A DNA stretch of 43,343 nucleotides from a virus (lineage: Duplodnaviria; Caudoviricetes). Shown piece after piece: positions 35,329-42,234 of this stretch; position 1 is the stretch's first letter; the number at the start of each line of letters is the position of its first letter. A model generated the notes under the pieces. The model had not been told where the DNA came from, made no database searches, and saw only the letters and a list, made by a program, of their open reading frames with translations. The stretch is taken from positions 1 to 43,343 of IMG/VR virus record IMGVR_UViG_3300043754_000006. One strand, written 5' to 3'. A program made the position numbers and the translations under genes.

Positions 35329-36414
35329 ATGGCGAACCCAGTTCAGCCGCAGTACCGCATCGTCGCGAACAGCAGCGACATCACGGCCACCATCGCGCAG
35401 CGGTTCGTTTCGCTCACTCTGACGGACGAAACGGGCGAAACCAGCGACATGGTGGAAATCACCCTGTCAGACCATATCCCGACGCAGCCAATCACGCTGC
35501 CGCCGACTGGCGCGCAATTGGACGTGTACCTGGGCTATGACGGCGCGCTGTCGAAAATGGGTTCGTTCATCGTTGACGAACTGGAACTGCTGGGGCCACC
35601 CGAGCAAATGATTATCCGAGCTCGCGCGGCATCGTACGACGCCGGCAACGATGGGGTGTTCCATCTGCAGACGCACAAGATTCGAAGCTGGTCGGCTGGA
35701 ACGACCATCGGCGCGATGGTCCAGAAGGTGGCAAAAGAACACGGCATGACCGGCGTGTGTGCGGCGTCGCTCGCCAGCATCGCGCTGCCGCACGTGGACC
35801 AGCAGGACGAATCGGACCTGAACATGCTGCTGCGCGTCGCGAAGAAGTACGACGCCGTGGTGAAGCCAGCCGGCAGCCAGCTGGTGTTCGCCAAGCGCGG
35901 CCAGTTCAAGAGCGCGAGCGGCCAGACGCTTACGCCGATCACCATTGATAAAACCGTCGCGACGCGCTGGCACTTCAATCAGCAGAAGCGAGAATCGGCC
36001 GGCACTGTCGTGGCCTATTACCATGCCGTGAAGTTTGCCAAGCGCCACATCGTTAGCGTGGGCGGCGGCGAACCTGTGCGGCGCATCAAACAGTATTTTC
36101 AGACCCAGGCAGAAGCCGTGGCGGCGGCTCAGGCTGAACTGTCCAAGCGCTCGCGCGCGCTGCAGACGATGCACATCACGGCGCCAGGCGACCCGAACGT
36201 GGGGGCAGAATGCCAGGTGACGCTGACGAGCTTCCGCGCGGGCATCCCGACGACGTGGATAGTTAAGACGGCAGAACACATTCTGGGGGCCGATGGCTAT
36301 TGCTGCCAGATCGAGCTGGAACAGCCCGACGCCAGCCAGCAGAACGACATCAGCGACGCGACGGACGGCGACACCAGCGACAACGCGGGCGACGCGAACG
36401 ACAGTGATACGTAA
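35329..36414 (+). CDS. Baseplate hub / late control protein D (P2 gpD)
   Basis: LTLTD, LGY, F.VDE, SW, DQQDESDLN.L.R motifs; acidic C-terminal tail. Confidence 0.9.
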   Translation: MANPVQPQYRIVANSSDITATIAQRFVSLTLTDETGETSDMVEITLSDHIPTQPITLPPTGAQLDVYLGYDGALSKMGSFIVDELELLGPPEQMIIRARAASYDAGNDGVFHLQTHKIRSWSAGTTIGAMVQKVAKEHGMTGVCAASLASIALPHVDQQDESDLNMLLRVAKKYDAVVKPAGSQLVFAKRGQFKSASGQTLTPITIDKTVATRWHFNQQKRESAGTVVAYYHAVKFAKRHIVSVGGGEPVRRIKQYFQTQAEAVAAAQAELSKRSRALQTMHITAPGDPNVGAECQVTLTSFRAGIPTTWIVKTAEHILGADGYCCQIELEQPDASQQNDISDATDGDTSDNAGDANDSDT

Positions 36415-36440
36415 TGAGTGCGCGTGAATGACTTTTGGTT

Positions 36441-36681
36441 GGGGGTATCGCTGGGGGTATCGGGTTGACCTAATCGCGCGCAGGCCCTATAAACATAGGG
36501 CTTTGCGACGCCTTTGATATTCCAAAGCACAAGGTTCATAGGGTTCACTGGGCGTCAAGGGGCATCACCGCCCGTCACTATAAGTAATTGATCCGCCGTA
36601 AGATTCCGGTCTAGCCGGAAAATTCGCAAGCGATTACAAAGACGGGTATTCGCCCCGCAAGGGGGTATCGCTGGGGGTATC
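36441..36681. other. attP-like region bounded by 21-bp direct repeats (integrase arm-type sites)
   Basis: GGGGGTATCGCTGGGGGTATC at 36441-36461 and 36661-36681; IHF-like GATCAATTACTTA on the minus strand at 36581-36593; non-coding and adjacent to int. Confidence 0.7.
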
Positions 36682-36685
36682 CTAA

Positions 36686-37960
36686 ATGACTGATTCATTC
36701 GCCCGCGCCCTATCCGACGCCAAGGTGCGCAACTCCAAGGCTGCCGACAAGCCCGTGAAGCTGACGGACGGCGGCGGATTGCATCTGCTGGTGCAGCCGA
36801 ACGGTTCGAAGCTGTGGCGCTACAAATTCCGCGTACACGGGCGCGAAGGGCTGCTGTCCATCGGCGCCTATCCCGACGTATCGCTGGCCGCTGCCAGGGA
36901 GCTGCACCAGGCGGCGCGCGAGAAAGTGGCGGCAGGAATCAACCCGGTTCACGAACGCCAGGACGAACGGCGCGAAGCGGCCCGCGCCGTAGTCGTGGCC
37001 CAGGCTGGTGCGTTCGGTGTCGTCCGCCAGAACTGGATGGACGACACGGCAGAAGAACTGAGCAAGCGCACGAAGCAGCAGCGCGCCTGGGCGATTGGTG
37101 CCTACCTGGCAGAACTGGAAAAAACCAGCGTGACCGAAATCAAGCGCCAGGACGTTTCGCGCATTCTGCTGCGCGTCCAGAAGCACGCGCCGACCGTGGC
37201 GAAGCGGCTGCGCGGCTGGCTGGATTGCATATTCGAACGAGCCATTGACGAAGGGCTGATCGAGCTAAACCCAGTCCCGCCAGCGAAGCTTCTGAAGCGT
37301 CGCCGCGCAAACAGCCATGTGGCGATGGAGCTTGCGGCATTCCCGCAATGGATGACGAACCTGGCGGCGTTCCAGTCTTACCCGTTCACCAAGGCGGCCC
37401 TGCTGCTGATCGTGCTAACCGGCTGCCGAAAAGAGGAAGCATGCGGCGCCGAGTGGTCGGAATTCGACCTTGACGCAGGACGCTGGGAAGTGCCGGCCTG
37501 CAGGATGAAGATGCGCAAGCAGCACGTATTCCCGTTGTCACGGCAGGCAGTCGAATTGCTGCGGCACGTCCGCGAGTTCTCAGAAGGCCGCAGATACGCG
37601 TTTCCTGGCGTCGGAACTGCCAAGCACATCAACGGCCGATCACTGAATTATCTGATGCGAAACACGCGAGCGGGAACCGAAACTGTGCATGGTTTTCGTG
37701 CGATGTTCAGCACATACATGAACGGGCTGAAAGAGGACCCTGACGTTATCGAAATGTGCCTGGCGCATGCCGACAAGAACACCGTGCGCGGCGTGTACAA
37801 CCGATATCAATACATAGATGAGCGCACCGCGATGCTGCAGAAGTGGGCGGACGATTTAGACGCGCTGGTGTCGAAGGCAAGCGGCAAGCCGCAGCAGCTT
37901 TACGTCGTGCAGCCGAAAGTCGGTTTTGCAAAAAAACAACTCACGAAGATCGCGGCGTGA
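36686..37960 (+). CDS. int: Tyrosine integrase, P4 family (Arm-DNA-binding domain)
   Basis: LTDGGGLHLLVQPNGSKLWRYKF; TGCRKEE (R); K; HGFR; LAH; VYNRYQY catalytic set. Confidence 0.95.
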   Translation: MTDSFARALSDAKVRNSKAADKPVKLTDGGGLHLLVQPNGSKLWRYKFRVHGREGLLSIGAYPDVSLAAARELHQAAREKVAAGINPVHERQDERREAARAVVVAQAGAFGVVRQNWMDDTAEELSKRTKQQRAWAIGAYLAELEKTSVTEIKRQDVSRILLRVQKHAPTVAKRLRGWLDCIFERAIDEGLIELNPVPPAKLLKRRRANSHVAMELAAFPQWMTNLAAFQSYPFTKAALLLIVLTGCRKEEACGAEWSEFDLDAGRWEVPACRMKMRKQHVFPLSRQAVELLRHVREFSEGRRYAFPGVGTAKHINGRSLNYLMRNTRAGTETVHGFRAMFSTYMNGLKEDPDVIEMCLAHADKNTVRGVYNRYQYIDERTAMLQKWADDLDALVSKASGKPQQLYVVQPKVGFAKKQLTKIAA

Positions 37961-37974
37961 TGTACTATGCAGTT

Positions 37975-38203
37975 TCACGAAGTCGCACACTCCCGACACA
38001 GGCACGCATCGCTGGACTGGACCACACGAATAGACGGTGGTTAGCGCCTAACAACCGCGAACGGTTCGGGGTTTTATCGTCTCCCTGATAGTGCGGCGAC
38101 TTCCACCCTACACCTTAAAAAGTGATTGCCCGATGACGCAGGAAACCTGCAGAGGGCGGCCCGAAGCGGGCCACGTAGAACCCCGCCAAGCGCGGGGTTT
38201 TTC
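37975..38203 (+). ncRNA. Candidate structured non-coding RNA
   Basis: TACTAT at 37963; long-range stem GAAGTCGC/GCGACTTC, nested hairpins and its own terminator; no credible ORF. Family not recognised. Confidence 0.4.
38179..38203 (+). terminator. Rho-independent terminator (rightward)
   Basis: AACCCCGC-CAAGC-GCGGGGTT followed by TTTCGTTTT. Confidence 0.75.
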
Positions 38204-38215
38204 GTTTTATGCGAC

Positions 38216-38243
38216 CAAAAGAAAACCCGCCGAAGCGGGTTTG
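38216..38243 (-). terminator. Rho-independent terminator of the leftward operon
   Basis: Minus strand reads AAACCCGC-TTCG-GCGGGTTTTCTTTT just after ssb. Confidence 0.8.
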
Positions 38244-38260
38244 TGATGTATGCGCTTACT

Positions 38261-38704
38261 TCAAAATGGTATGTCGTCGTCCATTTCATCCAACGTGGCG
38301 CCAGCTGGCGGGCGTTGCTGTCCGCCGTTCGACGCCGGCCGCTGCTGACGCTCGCCGCCCTGGCTGCCACCGCTGGCTGGCACATCACCACTACGCGGCC
38401 CCAGTTCGACGCTATCGACGCGCCCGACCATCTTCACGCCCTGCCCGTCGCGCCCTTCGTACGTTTCGATATGCACGTCTGCCAGCACGAAGCAGTGCAC
38501 GCTGCCTTTCGTCAGATACGGCGCCAACGCTGTAGCCTGGTTACCCCATAAGCTGGCGTCAATCCACTGGCTGGGCGGGTATTGCTCGCCGTCCTTCTTT
38601 CGCCCGCACACATACGCCAGCGAGAGATTGCACACCGCATCGCCGCCAGTTGTATAGCGCACTTCAGCATCACGGCCCAGTCGGGCCAGTCCGATCATTT
38701 TCAT
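38261..38704 (-). CDS. ssb: Single-stranded DNA-binding protein
   Basis: RLGRDAEVRYT OB-fold start; C-terminal DDDIPF. Confidence 0.93.
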   Translation of the reverse strand: MKMIGLARLGRDAEVRYTTGGDAVCNLSLAYVCGRKKDGEQYPPSQWIDASLWGNQATALAPYLTKGSVHCFVLADVHIETYEGRDGQGVKMVGRVDSVELGPRSGDVPASGGSQGGERQQRPASNGGQQRPPAGATLDEMDDDIPF

Positions 38705-38724
38705 AATGTGAAATCTTCCTGGTG

Positions 38725-38943
38725 TTACGCGCGACGCAGCTTCGCGTGCTCAGCTTCGCAGCCAGGCCCGCAGTACAGTCGCGTGTTGTCATTCGCCGCG
38801 AACGGTTCGGCGCAGTGAGGGTTCAGGCATTCGCCGATTGCCTGAAGGCGCGGCATCTTGCCCATCAAGACGCGCTGCCGTTCCAGCGCGTCCAGTGTGT
38901 TGGTGGCTTCGGCGGCCTGGGCTTTGTCGATATCGTCAGACAC
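38725..38943 (-). CDS. TraR/DksA-like C4 zinc-finger protein
   Basis: GTG 38943; SDDIDKAQ (DxxDxA) and CLNPHC...CGPGC. Confidence 0.7.
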   Translation of the reverse strand: MSDDIDKAQAAEATNTLDALERQRVLMGKMPRLQAIGECLNPHCAEPFAANDNTRLYCGPGCEAEHAKLRRA

Positions 38944-39295
38944 GGTGCACGCATCCCGGATGGCACGCGCATCCCTGGCCGCCTTTGCAGCATGCGCCGC
39001 CGTCTGGCGCTCGAAGATTGTCGTTCGCGTGCGAGACGACGGCGCCCGACCCTTCCGACTCACCGAACGCCAAAACGACGCTGCTCGCCTTCTTATGCTC
39101 GAATTCAATCAGCATATCGATGACGTGCCGCGCCTTCTCCAAATCCTGGACGCCGCCCTTTTGCCGAAACCGCGTCACGTACTTGACGATGGTATGCTGG
39201 CATGCATCCAGGCCGTTCGCCATGCTGTATTCCATCGGCTGGATTGGCATGGATTTATAGTGGTCCCCGCCCACTTGTGTTTCCAGTGCGCTCAT
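38936..39295 (-). CDS. DUF3310 (T7 gp1.7/SaV-like) protein
   Basis: QVGGDHYK..IQP...KYVTR..KGGVQDLEKA. Confidence 0.85.
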   Translation of the reverse strand: MSALETQVGGDHYKSMPIQPMEYSMANGLDACQHTIVKYVTRFRQKGGVQDLEKARHVIDMLIEFEHKKASSVVLAFGESEGSGAVVSHANDNLRAPDGGACCKGGQGCACHPGCVHRV

Positions 39296-39510
39296 TTCGG
39301 TTCGTTGTCGTTAGCTGCAACCATGTTCGCCGTCTCCCAGGCTTCCAGCTGCGCGATTGGATAGCGCACCTTGCTGCCTAGCTTTTGATACGGCGGCCCC
39401 TTTTTCTGCGTGCGCCAGTTCGCCAGCGTGCCAGTGCTGACGGCGAGGCCCCACCGCTCCGAGACTTCCGAAGCGGTAAGGTATTTCGGCTGTGATGCTG
39501 CCTGCGCCAT
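39292..39510 (-). CDS. Excisionase-like HTH protein
   Basis: YLTASEVSERW...TLANWR..KGPPYQKLGSKVRY. Confidence 0.8.
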   Translation of the reverse strand: MAQAASQPKYLTASEVSERWGLAVSTGTLANWRTQKKGPPYQKLGSKVRYPIAQLEAWETANMVAANDNEPK

Positions 39511-39530
39511 AGTGTGATGCTTCCCCGTGG

Positions 39531-40517
39531 TTATGAATTGACGCCAAGCGCCTGGTTCAGCGCATCAGCCTTCTGGTTGTCGTTCGCTGCTGCGCGTGCC
39601 GCGTCGAACGCCTGCGCCGACTTCTTCAAGTCGTCTGGGCAGCCCTTCTTGTCGATGGCGTTGCGCACCTTCGCAGGGAGTGCCTTCCAGGCCTTCTGCA
39701 GCGCTTCCATGCCCTGTTCGCACACCAGCTGCAGGCTATCGCGCGCCCGCTTCACTTCGTCGTCTACCGACTTGGCGCCGTCCACCCAATCGCGCAGCGC
39801 TTTGCCGGCTTCGGCCGTCAAGTATCCCGACGCGGCTTCGCCAGCGACGCCGAAAATCGACTGCAGTTCAGCGGGGCACTTGATGATATCGCGTTCCTTG
39901 CCGCCATTCCAAAGCATCAGGCTGGCGGTTAGTTCGAACGTGAAATTCTTTTCCTGGATGGGCAGAACGCCTTGCGGTTCGTACTCGGTCTTTCCTTCGC
40001 GCTTCACCAGCTTGACCTTTTCGCGAGCGCGCATGCAGGCGACGATGTGAAGCGGTGACTGCAGCATCACGCTCATGAACGATTTGTGTTCCCGCTTCGC
40101 GTCGTTCCATCGCGGATTCTTCGGCGCCTGCCCGTCGCGCCCAGGCGCGTGCGCGATATCTTCGCAGCCGCCAATTCCTTCCCACTCATGCGAAACGCTG
40201 TCGATAACGAGCACTTCCACGCCAGCTTTCACAAACGCCTGGATGGCTTCGATGTATCGCGCTGGCGAAAACGGCGGCTGCAGGTCGCCAATCAGGAATT
40301 TGTGAATGACGCCATCGGCATCGCGCAGCGCATCGCTGTACAGCCGGCCGCGCCGGTTTTCCGTGCAAATAAAACCTACTTTCTTGCTGTCGTAATTCGC
40401 CATGCCCCAGGCGAGTTGCAACGCCGTGAAAGTCTTTCCGCCGCCAGACACGCCGCCCAGTCCGATTACCAGCCGCGCCCCTTCGCGTTCGGCTTCTTCG
40501 ATTTTAAAGATGCTCAT
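39531..40517 (-). CDS. Sak4-like AAA ATPase / single-strand annealing protein
   Basis: GVSGGGKT, TENRRG, VIDSVSHEWEG and CMRARE; lies between the exonuclease and ssb. Confidence 0.85.
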   Translation of the reverse strand: MSIFKIEEAEREGARLVIGLGGVSGGGKTFTALQLAWGMANYDSKKVGFICTENRRGRLYSDALRDADGVIHKFLIGDLQPPFSPARYIEAIQAFVKAGVEVLVIDSVSHEWEGIGGCEDIAHAPGRDGQAPKNPRWNDAKREHKSFMSVMLQSPLHIVACMRAREKVKLVKREGKTEYEPQGVLPIQEKNFTFELTASLMLWNGGKERDIIKCPAELQSIFGVAGEAASGYLTAEAGKALRDWVDGAKSVDDEVKRARDSLQLVCEQGMEALQKAWKALPAKVRNAIDKKGCPDDLKKSAQAFDAARAAANDNQKADALNQALGVNS

Positions 40518-40535
40518 TCCGTTTTTGCCCCGTGT

Positions 40536-40667
40536 TTAAGAAAGAATCGCAGCCAGGATGGCGATGATAAAGCCGGTCATTACAACCAGCATCATCAACG
40601 CCCACATACCTGTTGCGAACATGCAGAAGTTGGCAGCCAGCTTGAAAATTGCTTCAACGACGATCAC
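40536..40667 (-). CDS. Small hydrophobic membrane protein (43 aa)
   Basis: GTGA overlap with the exonuclease stop; almost entirely hydrophobic. Confidence 0.5.
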   Translation of the reverse strand: MIVVEAIFKLAANFCMFATGMWALMMLVVMTGFIIAILAAILS

Positions 40668-41650
40668 GCGGCGCCAATCAGGTGTTCGTTTTGCTTCAGG
40701 TGCCACTGCGGCAGGCTGATCGTCTGCACGCTGCCGTCGCTGTATCCCGGCCACGTGTTCGTGTGCCGACATTCCGCGTAACGTTCCAGCGCGCCACGAT
40801 ACTTCGCGCGGCCCAGCGCCACGCTTTCGTCATCGAGAACGTACACCTGGACGGCATGCGGAAATGCTTTTTCGACGGCGATAAACACGAACGCCTTGGC
40901 GCTGGTCGGGTGCTTCGCGAAGTCGTCCGATTTCGACTGTCGCAGCGCTTCGTTCAGCGTGTCGAGATAGAACGGGTGCTGCATGTCGTACCCGTACTTT
41001 GCGATGGATCGTGCGAACCCTTCTGGGCTGGCGTCGTCTGTCGTCTTAAGATCGGCCACGATGCCATCCATGCGCCACAAGTCGGGCCGCACGCGGATTA
41101 GTTCGCCTGTCACAGGGTCCACGGCATACGCTGAATATTCGGTGACGTACTTGCTGCCGGTAAGCACCTTGCTGGCGGACGGATGCGCCATAACCGCATC
41201 GCGCATCGCATACAGCTGGTCGCGCTCTTCAATGCTGATGATGGTTCGGCCGGCATTCGCGACGGCGTAGCGCTGCTTAAGTTCGTCGGCGATCTTCGCA
41301 TCGGGGCAAACCGCTTTCAGGCGTTCGATGAGTTCTGCCTTCGTGCCCGATACTTTCTCGCCAGCATCCTTCAGCGCCGCTTTCAAGTCATCGATGGTGG
41401 ACAGCGCATCTTCGGGCAGCACCAGCGGCAGCACGTAAGATTCATTGAACAGTTCGGGTTCAAGAACCAGCATATGGAATGCGGTCCCGATGCGCATGGC
41501 TGCAGTTGGCTGGTTGTCATTAGCCGAAGTGCGCGATGCGTGAAGATGCAGCGGCGATGAATTCTGCAGCTTGCACAGCATCGAATTCGACGCCCCTTCG
41601 CCGCCGTGATAGTCGGCGTTGCTGATATCCCCGTAAATTCCCGGCTTCAT
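40664..41650 (-). CDS. RecE/ExoVIII-like PD-(D/E)XK exonuclease (DUF3799-like) with an inserted SAP-like motif
   Basis: PGIY..ISNADYH, GTAFH, RVRPD, DLKTT, YGYDMQ..Y and WPGY; AGGG SD before ATG 41650. Confidence 0.9.
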   Translation of the reverse strand: MKPGIYGDISNADYHGGEGASNSMLCKLQNSSPLHLHASRTSANDNQPTAAMRIGTAFHMLVLEPELFNESYVLPLVLPEDALSTIDDLKAALKDAGEKVSGTKAELIERLKAVCPDAKIADELKQRYAVANAGRTIISIEERDQLYAMRDAVMAHPSASKVLTGSKYVTEYSAYAVDPVTGELIRVRPDLWRMDGIVADLKTTDDASPEGFARSIAKYGYDMQHPFYLDTLNEALRQSKSDDFAKHPTSAKAFVFIAVEKAFPHAVQVYVLDDESVALGRAKYRGALERYAECRHTNTWPGYSDGSVQTISLPQWHLKQNEHLIGAA

Positions 41651-41685
41651 GTTTTCCCTTGTTGGTGACGTGGAAACAGAATCGT

Positions 41686-41711
41686 AACACGCGCGTGAAA
41701 ACGCGTGTGAA
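41686..41711. promoter_or_regulatory. Tandem operator-like sites upstream of the leftward operon
   Basis: AACAC-GCGC-GTGAA and AAAAC-GCGT-GTGAA. Confidence 0.45.
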
Positions 41712-41779
41712 GCATTTACGCTTAGTGATGACGAATGAAGCAACGATGCAGCGTTCGTATGCGAATGATATGCGCTGAC

Positions 41780-42193
41780 CTATTTCAGCCCCGCAATTGC
41801 CACACTGTCCAATCTGGACAGTTCTGTGGATGCCATGCGGACAAGCCTTTCCATCGCATCGATGGCATGCGCCAAGCGCGGGGCGTGCACGTCTAGAGAG
41901 ACGATGACGAATTGTTTCTGATCGTTTTTTGAGAGAAGCCCCATTGCCGAAAGTTCATCAAGCTTACGCGAAGCTGTCGCGCGCGGTACGCCGATATACT
42001 GCGCAATCTTCGATGCTGACATCGGGCGCCCTTCCATCTGCCCAATCGCAACAGCCATCATCAGTAAAGCGCGTTCCCAGTTCGCGCCGAAGTAGTCATC
42101 ATCGTTTCGGCTGGCGTATGCTTCGCGCGACAAATCGATTATCAAACGCATCAGGATCATCATGCGCTCGTTACGCTTGGCTCGTTCAGGCAT
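41780..42193 (-). CDS. Winged-HTH transcriptional regulator (candidate repressor)
   Basis: MSASKIAQYIGVPRATASRKLDELSAMGLL wHTH; divergent from the helicase. Confidence 0.75.
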   Translation of the reverse strand: MPERAKRNERMMILMRLIIDLSREAYASRNDDDYFGANWERALLMMAVAIGQMEGRPMSASKIAQYIGVPRATASRKLDELSAMGLLSKNDQKQFVIVSLDVHAPRLAHAIDAMERLVRMASTELSRLDSVAIAGLK

Positions 42194-42234
42194 CTCTCAT
42201 GTACAATCGTGAAACTGGGTGAATTCTCCAACCA

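Noticed and set aside
36462-36660. tRNA or tmRNA fragment as the att core
   Set aside because: No T-arm (GTTCGA) with acceptor stem or CCA end recognisable on either strand.
38128-38175. CGATGA...GAAA as a hammerhead ribozyme; GTGGTTAG and GGGCCACG as a pistol ribozyme
   Set aside because: The GAAA is in a hairpin loop rather than the junction and CUGANGA is incomplete. The pistol-like words are not in the required order or spacing.
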